Source: a bacterium (GTDB taxonomy: Bacteria; Electryoneota; Electryoneia; Electryoneales; Electryoneaceae). From it: a stretch of 64,000 nt of DNA. Numbering within the stretch: the first letter of the stretch is position 1; each line of letters begins with the position of its first letter. The position numbers were made by a program, and so were the translations under genes. Shown piece after piece: positions 49,345 through 59,936 of the stretch. The stretch lies in the NCBI GenBank assembly GCA_963669175.1, contig OY769902.1, positions 1,216,001 through 1,280,000 on the forward strand. The letters run 5' to 3'. The notes beneath the pieces were generated by a model, which ran no database searches, was not told the origin of the DNA, and saw nothing but the letters and a program-made list of their open reading frames with translations.

Positions 49345-49893
49345 TCAGCGAGTCAGAATCCAGTCCACGGCTTCACGTAGTGTGTCGCAGGTATAATCCG
49401 CTGTCACTTCGCCCTTTTCCTCCGTACCCTTGCCATACCCGGTTCTGACCAGGATGGTCACCGCGCCAGCGTTTTTTCCCGACAGGATATCCATTGCCTT
49501 GTCACCGATCATATACATGTTTCCCGTATCCGCGCCGGTGTTTGCCGCAGCATCAAGCAGCATTTTCGGGCTGGGTTTACGGCAGTCGCAGCCATCATCC
49601 GGTTTGTGAGGGCAATAATGAATGCTGTCAAGAGTGGTGTCGAACTCGCTTAATAGCTGTTGCAGCACATCGTGGATTTCCAGCAAGACGGGTTCGGGGA
49701 TAATACCACGTCCCACGCCGGATTGATTTGTGATCAGGGCAACACGGAAGCCATGATGATGGAGATCGGCCACAGCTTCCCCAGCGCCGGGATAAAGGAA
49801 CACCTGTTCCGGGTCCGCTAAGAAGTTTTTTTCCTGAATCAGTGTGCCGTCACGGTCCATGCAGACCAGTCCGGGTTTTCCGGTTGCAGGCAT
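49345..49893 (-). CDS. gmhB: D-glycero-D-manno-heptose-1,7-bisphosphate phosphatase
   Basis: DRDGT, TNQSG, CPH...CDCRKP and MIGD motifs. Confidence 0.88.
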   Translation of the reverse strand: MPATGKPGLVCMDRDGTLIQEKNFLADPEQVFLYPGAGEAVADLHHHGFRVALITNQSGVGRGIIPEPVLLEIHDVLQQLLSEFDTTLDSIHYCPHKPDDGCDCRKPSPKMLLDAAANTGADTGNMYMIGDKAMDILSGKNAGAVTILVRTGYGKGTEEKGEVTADYTCDTLREAVDWILTR

Positions 49894-50096
49894 GACAAAT
49901 TCCTCGTATCTGGTGAAATCGTGTGAATGGAAGATATCAGGATAGAGGAGGAAAGTAAACGCGTTTTCCTTCGTCACGGGGTTCTCTTTCCGAATAGAAC
50001 CACAGGGAGGGAAACGAGGTCGCTTTCGAACCTGATTTCTCTTAGATTACCTGCTGGTTCTAATTTTTGTTCGAACAGGTCAGCAACGGAAGTGCC

Positions 50097-51188
50097 ATGC
50101 ATATTCTGTCTATTGTCGGGGCGCGCCCCAATTTTCCGAAAATCGCTCCCCTGGCATGGGAGATCGCCTCTCGTGAAGGGATTTGCCATACTATTGTCCA
50201 TACCGGCCAACATTATGACCGCACCTTGTCGGACGGTTTCTTTGACGTGTTATCCATCCCGGAACCGGACCTGAACCTTGGGATCGGATCGGCGACTCAC
50301 GGTGTCCAGACCGGGAAAATCATGATCGCGCTTGAGCCGATCATGCAGGAAATGCGTCCGGACTGGGTGGTGACTGTAGGCGATGTCAATTCCACCGCTG
50401 CCGCATCCCTGGTCGCGGTAAAGCTGGGCATCAAGACTGCGCATGTGGAAGCGGGACTGCGTTCACGCGACCGTGGCATGCCCGAAGAGATCAACCGCAT
50501 GGTAACCGATGCCATCAGTGATCTCCTGTTCACCACAGAAGAAGCCGGAACCACCAACCTGCTGAACGAGGGAGTTCCGCAGGAGAAGGTTATCTTCGCC
50601 GGAAATATCATGATCGACAGCTTGGTGCATGTATTGCCGAAAGCACGTGAAGCGGCGAAATGGCAGGCCTTTGATGTGGAACCGGGGCAGTATATCCTGA
50701 CCACACTGCATCGTCCTTCGAACGTGGACACAAAAGAATCGCTGGAAGGTCTGATCCGTGCGTTGAAAGAAATTAGTCGCACGAACAAGGTGATTTTCCC
50801 GGTACACCCACGCACCCGTAAGAACCTGGAGACATTCGGCCTGCTGAATGCCCTGTCGAACGAACCCGGTATGATCCTGACCGATCCCCTTGACTATTTA
50901 ACCTTCCTGTCGCTGGTAACGAAGGCGAAAGCTTTGCTGACGGATTCGGGCGGTATCCAGGAAGAGACAACCTACCTGCAGATTCCCTGCATGACGCTAC
51001 GGCCCAATACGGAACGTCCCTCGACCATCACACTCGGAACCAATGAGCTGGTACGTCCCGAGTACAGCCCGGTGATGGAAGCGTTTGGACGTCTTGAAGC
51101 AGGCGAATGGAAAAAGGGGAAAGTGCCGCCGTTGTGGGATGGGAAAACGGCGGGGCGAGTGCTGGATGGGTTGATTCGCTTCTGTTGA
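50097..51188 (+). CDS. wecB: UDP-N-acetylglucosamine 2-epimerase (non-hydrolysing)
   Basis: GARPNF, HTGQHY, HVEAGLRS, PEEINR, DSGGIQEE and TERP motifs. Confidence 0.93.
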   Translation: MHILSIVGARPNFPKIAPLAWEIASREGICHTIVHTGQHYDRTLSDGFFDVLSIPEPDLNLGIGSATHGVQTGKIMIALEPIMQEMRPDWVVTVGDVNSTAAASLVAVKLGIKTAHVEAGLRSRDRGMPEEINRMVTDAISDLLFTTEEAGTTNLLNEGVPQEKVIFAGNIMIDSLVHVLPKAREAAKWQAFDVEPGQYILTTLHRPSNVDTKESLEGLIRALKEISRTNKVIFPVHPRTRKNLETFGLLNALSNEPGMILTDPLDYLTFLSLVTKAKALLTDSGGIQEETTYLQIPCMTLRPNTERPSTITLGTNELVRPEYSPVMEAFGRLEAGEWKKGKVPPLWDGKTAGRVLDGLIRFC

Positions 51189-51677
51189 ACAACGGGATTC
51201 ACAAGATTCACAGGATATTCTACATGATGAACAGGATGATAGGATAAAAGGATATCAAGGATGACTCTGTATTGTATTTACAGAATGGAGAGGATAATGA
51301 GGAGAGTAAGGATACAAAACTGTATTTATGTAAAACCCTTGTAGTAAAGTTTGCCATGCGTTGATTAGCTTGACCGTGTGCCGGACCGTGTGGCCCGGGT
51401 GCTGGCACCCGGGATGGGTTCCAGGGAGAATCAGCGATACCAGAAAAACCTCGAGATCCCCGGTTCATCCCCGACTACAACACTCGGGACGGGGATAACA
51501 TTTCGAAGTGAAAAAAGTAGGCAGTGAAAAAAGTGAAAAAGGTGGGAATTTACAAAGAACGTATGGCCCGATTTGCCAGCAGCGGATGCATGAATACTGG
51601 AACGATTGCTATGGAAATGGATTTGTGATAGGTGAGCATAAGCTTCTGAGCAAGTCGGGAATGAACCAGTGATGGGT

Positions 51678-51928
51678 AAGCAGGCGAAAAATGGGACTGT
51701 TACCTTTTCATGCTTTCGAATGCAGAACAATCACATCAGTATTGATGAAAAGGTAACTGTACCAAAATTTTGCCTGTTCTGTACGATGGTTCCGGACTGG
51801 AAAATGCCGGGACAGCCACCTTTTCGCAACATATCTTCCCAGCGATCAATGATTTTGCGTATAAATGAAACATGGTCAACAATATCTGGCATATTCGCAG
51901 GCGAAAAGTGTGGCAGTCCCCATTTTCC
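51678..51928 (+). repeat. REP-like family B copy, intact
   Basis: Collinear with 27270-27519. Confidence 0.85.
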
Positions 51929-52109
51929 GACGGCATTTCCCCTTTTCCATCGAATTAGACCCTTATATCCAGGTTAATGGTATAGCAGAATCTTACCCAC
52001 ACGAAACAGCGAGGCGCCCCTTTTTTACTCCCACAGCCTGTAACTATTCCTCGGTTCTTCCTGTCTTATGTGCGGGGTGGGCGCCCCTTTTCATGATCCG
52101 GGAGGCGGG

Positions 52110-54545
52110 ATGCTGCGCAATATTCTTGTTCAATTCTGGCGTAATGTCAAGAAAAACAAGCTATATACTACATTCAATATCGCGGGTCTTGCGATTGGGA
52201 TGGCAGCGTTTATCCTGATCGGCCTCTATGTTTATTACGAGAATCAATACGATGCCCACCATCCGGACGCGGACCAGATTGTGCAGCTCACCTGTTACGC
52301 CAACCTCGGTGGCGACCAGGTTTTCAATTTCGATACCGGATCTGCGCCCATGGGGCCAGCGCTGGTGCGCGAGATAGACGCCCTCAAGGAATTCCTGCGG
52401 ATCCGCTCCTTTACCGAAAACTTCGCACTCCGTGCCGGGGAACGGGTTATCTCCATCAGCTCCGTAAATGATGCCGATTCCAGCCTGTTCGATTTTTTCC
52501 AGTATGAATTTTTACAGGGTGACCCGAAAAGGGCACTCACCGCCCCCAATTCAGTGGTTCTTTCCGAAGAGACCGCACACAGTCTTTTCGATGATACCGA
52601 TCCCATGGGACAGGAAGTGGTATTCCGAGATTGGACATCGCTAACAGTCACCGGAGTGTTCCGTACCCCGGACAAACCGACTCACCTGCCCGATTTCCCC
52701 ATGATTATGTCCTGGTCTACGAGAAAACGTGATGACGACGGTGGCTGGCTGAACAATATTTCCTACAATACCTATTTCAAGGTGCCGACGGGCACTGATC
52801 TGGCCTCCCTGCAACCCTTCCTGGATCAATCCCTGGACAAGCATGAGGGCGATGCGCTACGGATGTTGGGCGGGGAGAACATCTCGGATTTTACGGACAT
52901 CTTCCGCCTGTACCTGCGTCCTCTGCGTAGCATCCACCTTGCGGCCAACGAGCTGCAGGGTATGCGTGGCAAATACGGCCACCACCGTGACAACCTGTTC
53001 CAGTTGGGCGGACTGGGTTTGTTCATTCTACTGATCGCCTGTTTGAATTATATCAACCTCTCCACCGCCAAGAGCGCGCTTCGCAGCCGTATGGTGGGCG
53101 TAAGCAAAACACTCGGCGCGACACGTTCAATTCTCGTGCGCCAATTCCTCGCCGAATCCGTAATCCTGTCCCTGGTCGCTTTCATTATTGCGCTATTGCT
53201 GGTTTACCTGGCGCTGCCTTATTTCACCAACCTGTTACAAAAGAATCTCGCAATCTTTTTCCTGTCGACGCCGTGGCAGATCCTTGCATTGGTTGCCGGG
53301 GCGATTATCATCGGCCTGCTTGCCGGGATTTACCCTGCGTTTGTGTTGTCCAGCTATCGTCCGGTTACGGTCCTGTCCGGAGCGGTGATACGTGGGACAA
53401 AAGGTACACGCCTGCGTTCGCTGTTTGTCATTCTCCAGTTCGCCATCTCGATTTTCCTGGTGCTGAATACCTTGATTGTGGGGAAGCAGACAGAATTCAT
53501 GCGAACCAAGGATCTTGGCTATGATACGCACCAGATGCTGGTGATCCGGCTGGAGAACGGGGATCTGATGGAACAGCATCGTGTGCTGAAAACCGAAATC
53601 ATGCGCTTGCCGGGTGTGCTGGCGGCGACCACGGCCGATTTTACCCCGGACGACATTCGTAACAACAGCGTCTACCATATCCCTGGCGGGGTGGAAGAGG
53701 ATCAGAAGCTGTTCCATATCTGGCCGGTGGATCATGACGCCATTACCACGTTCGGCCTGACGCTTGTTGACGGGCGAGAATTCAACCCCGACATGGCAAC
53801 CGACTCGACCATGTCCATCATTATCAACGAAGCCGCAGCGAAACTGTTGCCCTGGGAAAATCCTGTCGGTGAACACATCGAGGAAATCGAGACGCTTGAC
53901 CCGGTGACTTACACCCCGATGGACATCATCGGCGTGGTGAAAGATTTCCATTTTCATTCGCTGCATAATGAAATCGCGCCCATGTTCATGCAGATTTATT
54001 ACGGTGAGCCGCCCTACCTGTTTTTCAAGCTTGACGGCGCTCGAATCCCGGAGACGATGGCCGAGATCGAACGGTTGTGGAAGGATTTCGCCCCACGTAT
54101 GCCGTTGCAGTACAAATTCATGGACGAAGGCTTCAACAAGATGTACCATACCGAGCTGCAACTGGGCGTGTTGATCCGTTACGCGACGGGTTTGGCGATC
54201 CTGGTCGCGGCAATCGGCCTGTTCGCCCTGGCGGCGTTCGCGGCGCAACAACGCACCCGTGAAATCGGCATCCGTAAAGTACTGGGCGCGACCTCGGAAG
54301 GCATCACACTGCTGCTGTTGCGTGATTTCCTGACACTGGTCGGGATCGCGTTTGTGCTGGCTGTCCCGCTGGGAGCGTGGGTGATGAACCACTGGCTGCA
54401 AAGCTACGCCTACCGGATCACACTCGGCCCCGGCCCGTTCCTTTTGGCGGGTGTGCTGGCCTTCGGAGTTGCAGTGATCACGGTCGGCGGCCTCGCCTGG
54501 AAAGTCGCCAATGCCAACCCGGTCAAGGCTATCCGGCATCAGTAG
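52110..54545 (+). CDS. ABC transporter permease (MacB/FtsX-like)
   Basis: Paralogue of the 29405 gene; NYINLSTA, REIGIRKVLGA and ANPVKAIR motifs. Confidence 0.92.
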   Translation: MLRNILVQFWRNVKKNKLYTTFNIAGLAIGMAAFILIGLYVYYENQYDAHHPDADQIVQLTCYANLGGDQVFNFDTGSAPMGPALVREIDALKEFLRIRSFTENFALRAGERVISISSVNDADSSLFDFFQYEFLQGDPKRALTAPNSVVLSEETAHSLFDDTDPMGQEVVFRDWTSLTVTGVFRTPDKPTHLPDFPMIMSWSTRKRDDDGGWLNNISYNTYFKVPTGTDLASLQPFLDQSLDKHEGDALRMLGGENISDFTDIFRLYLRPLRSIHLAANELQGMRGKYGHHRDNLFQLGGLGLFILLIACLNYINLSTAKSALRSRMVGVSKTLGATRSILVRQFLAESVILSLVAFIIALLLVYLALPYFTNLLQKNLAIFFLSTPWQILALVAGAIIIGLLAGIYPAFVLSSYRPVTVLSGAVIRGTKGTRLRSLFVILQFAISIFLVLNTLIVGKQTEFMRTKDLGYDTHQMLVIRLENGDLMEQHRVLKTEIMRLPGVLAATTADFTPDDIRNNSVYHIPGGVEEDQKLFHIWPVDHDAITTFGLTLVDGREFNPDMATDSTMSIIINEAAAKLLPWENPVGEHIEEIETLDPVTYTPMDIIGVVKDFHFHSLHNEIAPMFMQIYYGEPPYLFFKLDGARIPETMAEIERLWKDFAPRMPLQYKFMDEGFNKMYHTELQLGVLIRYATGLAILVAAIGLFALAAFAAQQRTREIGIRKVLGATSEGITLLLLRDFLTLVGIAFVLAVPLGAWVMNHWLQSYAYRITLGPGPFLLAGVLAFGVAVITVGGLAWKVANANPVKAIRHQ

Positions 54546-54715
54546 GGGGACTCACAGGGGTTGACGCACGGTACATGACTCACAGGATGATAGGATAGAA
54601 GGATGGCAAGGATGAACTGAATGTATTTACAGAATTTACAGGATGCGTAAGGATTGACAGGATTGTATATGCTTGAATTTACAGGATGTGAAGGATATAA
54701 AGGATGAAAAGGATT
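54545..54715 (+). repeat. Family D ACAGGAT arrays (others at 45758-45810, 46315-46382, 51192-51265, 55518-55555, 63305-63377, 63715-63803)
   Basis: 9-bp-period (A/C)AGGAT units. Confidence 0.75.
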
Positions 54716-54760
54716 ATTTCTTGTGAAAAGACTGGAAAATTTCAAGCAAATTCTTTGGTT

Positions 54761-55162
54761 CTAGAGGAGTAATTGTATCTCATTGGAATGTCTGCCCAGT
54801 TTCTTATCAAAAGTGACCAGCGTATCGCATCCACGGGACAGGCAGCGAACGAGGATCAAGTAGTCGGAGAAGTCGGCGGTGCCCTGAGTGTAGAGGCTGA
54901 TGGCGCTATGGATCAGTTCGCTATCCTCAACGACAATCCCTTCCGATTGAGACAAGCGATGCAGAACGGAACCGATTTCCGGGCGTTTGAAGTGATAGGC
55001 GGATTCCAGCACCCAGACCAGCTCGCAGAAGACGATATCATCCACGTAGAGAGCGGTGCCGTCCTTGACCGCGCTCTCGATGACGTCCGCCGCCTGGGCT
55101 TCCTGTTTGGGATCATCCTGCACGATATAACGGACCAGCACATTGGTGTCCAGTCCGATCAT
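54761..55162 (-). CDS. vapC: VapC-family PIN-domain toxin
   Basis: LDTNVLVR, E-helix, DFSD and TFD PIN motifs. Confidence 0.9.
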   Translation of the reverse strand: MIGLDTNVLVRYIVQDDPKQEAQAADVIESAVKDGTALYVDDIVFCELVWVLESAYHFKRPEIGSVLHRLSQSEGIVVEDSELIHSAISLYTQGTADFSDYLILVRCLSRGCDTLVTFDKKLGRHSNEIQLLL

Positions 55163-55392
55163 TGCCCGCTGCCACGTTTGCGAATGGTTTCCAGGATCTC
55201 GTCCATGCTGACATGACGGTCGGCCTTCAACGCACCACGCAACTGTTCAATCGAGGAACGCCGTTGCAGGATGACGTCATCGGGCGATACCCGCAGGAAC
55301 CGTACCTTGTCGCCCGGATTCAGTTGCAAGTGATCACGCACCGCCTTCGGGATGGTGATCTGCCCCTTTTTACTTAACATCGCCCAGTCCAT
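55159..55392 (-). CDS. AbrB/MazE/SpoVT-family antitoxin
   Basis: KGQITIPK.VR..L.L.PGD motif; 4-bp overlap with the toxin. Confidence 0.9.
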   Translation of the reverse strand: MDWAMLSKKGQITIPKAVRDHLQLNPGDKVRFLRVSPDDVILQRRSSIEQLRGALKADRHVSMDEILETIRKRGSGQ

Positions 55393-56107
55393 AGGATCTC
55401 CTTTACTTTATTGGAAATGTAAAGAATAACTATGGAAAGTGCAATATAGTTCGATGAAATGTGAAACCCGACAGCGAGCAGCACGCCACGACGCACAAGT
55501 CGGGCCAAACTGTTTTACTCACAGGATGATAGGATAGAAGGATTGCAAGAATGAAAGTCATTAATTGCAGAGTATGGACGAGAGGGTAGAGGGAACACTT
55601 GGCTAAAATCAGCGACACTCTCATCCCAGCGCAGGCTGGGATCCAGTCAAATTGCGATGCCAAACAGGGGATCACACTCTCGCTGAGCGTGGGATATCAG
55701 CATTTAGCAGGGTATTTAACTCTTTTCAATGTCGATACTTGCCTGGATCCCAGCCTGCGCTGGGATGAGAGTGTAGTTGGTTCTTGTATTATCCGGAAAA
55801 TGATGTAGGAAAGGAACAAACCATGCAGAGGTCGTCTTGCCTGGCAGAGCGGCCGACGGAGTAGATCCCCGCCGCCGCGGGGATGACAGTGGGGGTTAGT
55901 TCATCAAATGATTCTGCATGTGCGAAAAGGTCGTTTGGCCCGACTTGTGCGCCGTGGCGTACTGCTTGCTGTCGGGTAACCTCTCAAGCCACGATAACTG
56001 CGAAAATGGGACAGACCACGAAGGGTCAGTCCCGATTTTCGCTCCTCTTCACTTCTCTCGACAAAAAACCCGGCCATCAGGCCGGGTCATAAAATCCAAT
56101 CTCAAAC

Positions 56108-56415
56108 TGGGCAATGTTGTGGCAGGTCTTGACGCGACACTCCGTTTTCGGCTTTCGCTATGTTTTCCTGAATTCACGATGATACTGAAACCGCCTCTTG
56201 CCGTGTTTTTGTCGCGTTGTGACCTGCCACCGGTATCAGCATTCTCGCCGTCGTCAGGTTACAACGTGATGCCTGATGACGATCTATCATGCGAAATAGC
56301 AGGCGTGAAGCCAGACAGATGTTTGTAATTACAGCGAGAAACAGGAAAAAGGCATCACGTCAAGACCTGACGAAACATGCTCGTCGATAGTATGCACAAA
56401 TTCTTGTTAGCAGCC
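56108..56415 (-). mobile_element. MITE-A copy 3 (one end truncated)
   Basis: Similar to 28795-29100; left terminus replaced by a duplicated terminator. Confidence 0.85.
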
Positions 56416-56474
56416 AAAATCAAAAACCCGGCCATCTGGCCGGGTCATTGCTGTCCAATCTTAAAACACTGCCA

Positions 56475-56984
56475 TCACTTCTTCTTCAGGGCTTCCAGCG
56501 CACGTTTCAAATCTTCCGGGTCGGCGTTGTCCAGGCTGTTTTTCAGCTCTTGGCGGAGTTTGTCGGCATCATTCGGTTCCTGCCCCGGTTCGACGATCCC
56601 CAGCAGACGGCAGACAGCCGAGACATACTTGGCGGGGGTGACCGGTTTCTCGAGGTAGACGCCTGAGCCGGACATGGTCAGCTCGTCAAAATCGACCTTG
56701 CCCAGGTCATCACGAGCGTGGCCGGTGACGATCAGGATAGGGATTTTGGACGTGGCCGGGTCTTTCTTCATGGCACGGTGGAACTGGGCGCCCGAGCCTT
56801 TCGGCATCACCAGGTCCAGCGACACCAGGTCCGGGTTGATTTCCTTGACCTTTTCCAAGGCCTGCACGCCATCCTCAGCGGTGGACACTTCGAACCCGGC
56901 ATCTTCCAGCGCCATGCTCAGATAGGCACGGATGTCGGCTTCATCGTCAACTACCAGGATATGCTTTCCTGTTTTGGTATCCAT
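56475..56984 (-). CDS. Response regulator (receiver plus short C-terminal extension)
   Basis: VVDDE, PDLVSLDLVMP, TGH and EKP motifs. Confidence 0.92.
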   Translation of the reverse strand: MDTKTGKHILVVDDEADIRAYLSMALEDAGFEVSTAEDGVQALEKVKEINPDLVSLDLVMPKGSGAQFHRAMKKDPATSKIPILIVTGHARDDLGKVDFDELTMSGSGVYLEKPVTPAKYVSAVCRLLGIVEPGQEPNDADKLRQELKNSLDNADPEDLKRALEALKKK

Positions 56985-57003
56985 ACGTACCCCCGTAGGT
57001 ATG

Positions 57004-58461
57004 TTAACTCTCTATGTTTTGTTCCTGATACAGTGTTTGCAGACGTTTGCGCGGGAAACGGATGGTGAAGGTTGAGCCGACATCCGTTTGGGTATTCATC
57101 TCGATCCGTCCGCCATGCTCCTGCACAATTTTCCTCGTGGTCAGCAGGCCCAGCCCGGTGCCCTTGCCGCCCTTGGTGGTGAAGAAGGTGGTGAAAATTT
57201 TGTTCTTGACTTCCTGGTCCATCCCGGCGCCGTTATCCTCGACCTGGAACACCAGCTCGTCATCCCGTTCCAGGGTACGCATGACTACCCGTTTCGGGCC
57301 TTCCTCACGCATCATTACCGCATCGATCGCGTTGGACATCAGGTTGGTCAAACAGGCTTCTATCCCTTCCGGGTCCAGTGGCGCAGGCTGGAGGGTTTCG
57401 TCCAGTTCATGCACCAGCTCCACATCCTGACGAGCCGCGGTTTCGGCGTATAGTTCGACAATATCACGGACTACCTGGTTCGGGTCGAGCAGTTTCATCT
57501 CGGGCAGGCGTCCCTTGGAAAAACTCAGGAAGCCACGCACCAGGTCGGTGGTCTTGGTGAAGTTGCGTTGCAGGACATCCCAGCCCTGGTTGATACGGTC
57601 CTTGTTATCCCGTTTAATCCCGGAATCGACCATGTACATCCCGCCTTCCAGCCCCATCAGCAGGTTCTTGATGGTGTGGGCCAGACCGGCTACGGTTTGA
57701 CCGACCGCGGCGAGACGTTCGGCGTCGATATTCTGCTTCTCCAGTTCCTTGACATGGGTAACGTCGGTCATGATCTCGATAACATGCTCAACATTGCCAT
57801 CGCCACGTGACAGCGGCGAGGTGTGGACTACGTAATAAGTCGTCTGCCCGTCCTTGGTCACGCCGACCTGCTCGCCCATGTGCTCCTGGCCGTCCTCGAA
57901 AGTACGTGCGGCCGGGCAACTGGTGCAGGGTTTGTCACGACGCTTGTTCACCTGGTAGCAGTGACGTCCGCGTCCTTCGCCAAACGTGTTACGGAATTTC
58001 TCGTTGGTGCGAGTGATCTTGAATTCACGGTCAACCACCGAGATGTAACAGGGGACACGGTCGAAGAGGACGTCGTACTGGCGTTGCCATTGACGGATTT
58101 CCGTGATATCACGGCTCAGCTCCAGCAGAAAATGGGCCTTGCCGTCATCGTCAAGGATGGGAATGGTATGGACGACGTAATGGCAGGTGCGTCCATTGCG
58201 GTCAATCCCGGTTTCATCGGATACAATGGTCTCGCCATGGGCGAAGACTTTATCCGCCTTGCAGGCGTCGCAATGCTGGTCCTTGCCCTTGTATACTTCA
58301 TGGCATTTCTTGCCCTGCCAGTCGCCGAAATAGTCACGGAAGTTTTCGTTGGCGCGGATAATATTGTAATCACGGTCAATCACCGCGAGGTTGAAAGGCA
58401 ACTGTTCAAACAGGCTGCGGTAGAGAAGCGCGTTGATCTGCGCATCGGTCGGCTGGTTCAT
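57004..58461 (-). CDS. Cytoplasmic PAS-PAS sensor histidine kinase
   Basis: Two PAS domains with C/CxxC motifs; AHTIKN H-box, NAIDA, DNGAG, FFTTK and GTGLGL boxes. Confidence 0.92.
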   Translation of the reverse strand: MNQPTDAQINALLYRSLFEQLPFNLAVIDRDYNIIRANENFRDYFGDWQGKKCHEVYKGKDQHCDACKADKVFAHGETIVSDETGIDRNGRTCHYVVHTIPILDDDGKAHFLLELSRDITEIRQWQRQYDVLFDRVPCYISVVDREFKITRTNEKFRNTFGEGRGRHCYQVNKRRDKPCTSCPAARTFEDGQEHMGEQVGVTKDGQTTYYVVHTSPLSRGDGNVEHVIEIMTDVTHVKELEKQNIDAERLAAVGQTVAGLAHTIKNLLMGLEGGMYMVDSGIKRDNKDRINQGWDVLQRNFTKTTDLVRGFLSFSKGRLPEMKLLDPNQVVRDIVELYAETAARQDVELVHELDETLQPAPLDPEGIEACLTNLMSNAIDAVMMREEGPKRVVMRTLERDDELVFQVEDNGAGMDQEVKNKIFTTFFTTKGGKGTGLGLLTTRKIVQEHGGRIEMNTQTDVGSTFTIRFPRKRLQTLYQEQNIES

Positions 58462-58939
58462 GGCCGGTCCTCGTAATTCGCCGGTGTGGAAATCCTGGAT
58501 CAGGTTTTTCATGAAAGTATCCAGCCTGTTTGGTTTACACAAGATGCATCAGCCGTTAACGCTACAGTAAAACACGCTCCTTCACTATACTTTTCTACCG
58601 AGTTGTATAGATATTGACAACAGATTTGTATGGTTGTCGTTCCTTTACGACTGAAGGCTGATTCGCTATCTCATTCAGGATCCTTTATGTGCCACCCCTT
58701 CGGGGTTTATAGGGGGTGGTGTCAAGGTTCCCGGGGCTTACGCCCCGCGCTATTCATGTTTCGCTCCTTCGGAGCATGTGGATTCATCTTAGTCGATTCA
58801 TCGGAATCTGTGTATCTACCGTTATCATTATTACCAATAATTCTCGGAAGCGGATAAGCCTCTTCAAAGTTATTGGGACTTGCCTGGATCCCCGCCTGCG
58901 CGAGGATGAAAACCGAAGGATTGATTCTCTTATTTTTAT

Positions 58940-59260
58940 TGCTGTTCTCGATTTTATTCCGACATAATAAAGATTGCCGGGAAAAGGGGACGGGATCCTT
59001 TTCCTCGCGCGCATATGAAACACTCTCGCCGAACTTGTGGAAAAGGAAACTGTCCCCTTTTCCGTGTACGTCCTGCCTGCTCTCAAGAAAAAGGGTACAG
59101 CCACCTTTCCCGGTCCATGCTCACAGCGGGAAGGCTTTGCCCCAAGGAAAGGAAACTGTCCCCTTTTTCCATATCCTTATCCTTTATTCCAACCATATGG
59201 TTGACCTTTCACTGATCTGGCACATGACCACATGACGGAATAATAATGGGAATCGCTATA
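58940..59260 (-). repeat. REP-like family C copy
   Basis: Reverse complement of 22121-22440; two GAAACTGTCCCCT sites. Confidence 0.85.
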
Positions 59261-59284
59261 TTTAGAATAGACCACCGCCGGGCA

Positions 59285-59422
59285 ACCGCCTTCGCAAGCT
59301 ACGGCGTTTTCAAGCCGGCGGGGCCAAAGAACCGCCTTCGCAAGCTATGGCGTTTTCAAGCCGGCGGGGCCAAAGAACCGCCTTCGCAAGCTACGGCGTT
59401 TTCAAGCCGGCGGGGCCAAAGA
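59285..59422. repeat. Three tandem 46-bp units (CGCCTTCGCAAGCTACGGCG hairpin)
   Basis: Units start at 59285, 59331 and 59377 and are nearly identical. Confidence 0.9.
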
Positions 59423-59433
59423 AAGAACGCGTT

Positions 59434-59817
59434 TCACCCCAAGAGTTCCTTCACTTTGGCCAAAACCAGGTCACGGTCAATCGGTTTTTCGAAGAAACCA
59501 TCCGGCTCAACAATCGTACGCCGCGTATGGATGAACTTCTTGAAATTCGGATCTTCGTATCCGGTAATGATGATGACCGGGATATTTTTGGTCGCATCAT
59601 CCTCACGTAACTGTTTGTACGCCTTCACCCCGGACTGTTCCGGCATGGTAATATCCAGCGTGACCAGGTCCGGCAGGTGTTTTTTCGCCTGGGCATATGC
59701 TTCCGCCCCGGTGGATGCCTGCACCACGTTGAAGCCGTTATCCTTGAAAAACGTTCCCAGGTATGTCAATACATCCGGCTCATCATCGACAACGAGAATT
59801 GTTTTCGGTTCACTCAT
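59434..59817 (-). CDS. Single-domain response regulator
   Basis: VVDDE, PDLVTLDITMP and EKP motifs. Confidence 0.92.
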   Translation of the reverse strand: MSEPKTILVVDDEPDVLTYLGTFFKDNGFNVVQASTGAEAYAQAKKHLPDLVTLDITMPEQSGVKAYKQLREDDATKNIPVIIITGYEDPNFKKFIHTRRTIVEPDGFFEKPIDRDLVLAKVKELLG

Positions 59818-59936
59818 GGGTTTATCCCCCGACACTGTATGTCATGACACCTGCGAAGAAGCCAGCAGGCATCTTGATACTTGTTGATGTTCAGGAAAAC
59901 ATTCGCAGCACAAACTTCCTGTCTGAATTGTACTGG

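Noticed and set aside
59285-59422. Three 46-bp repeats as a CRISPR array
   Set aside because: The units are contiguous with no spacers
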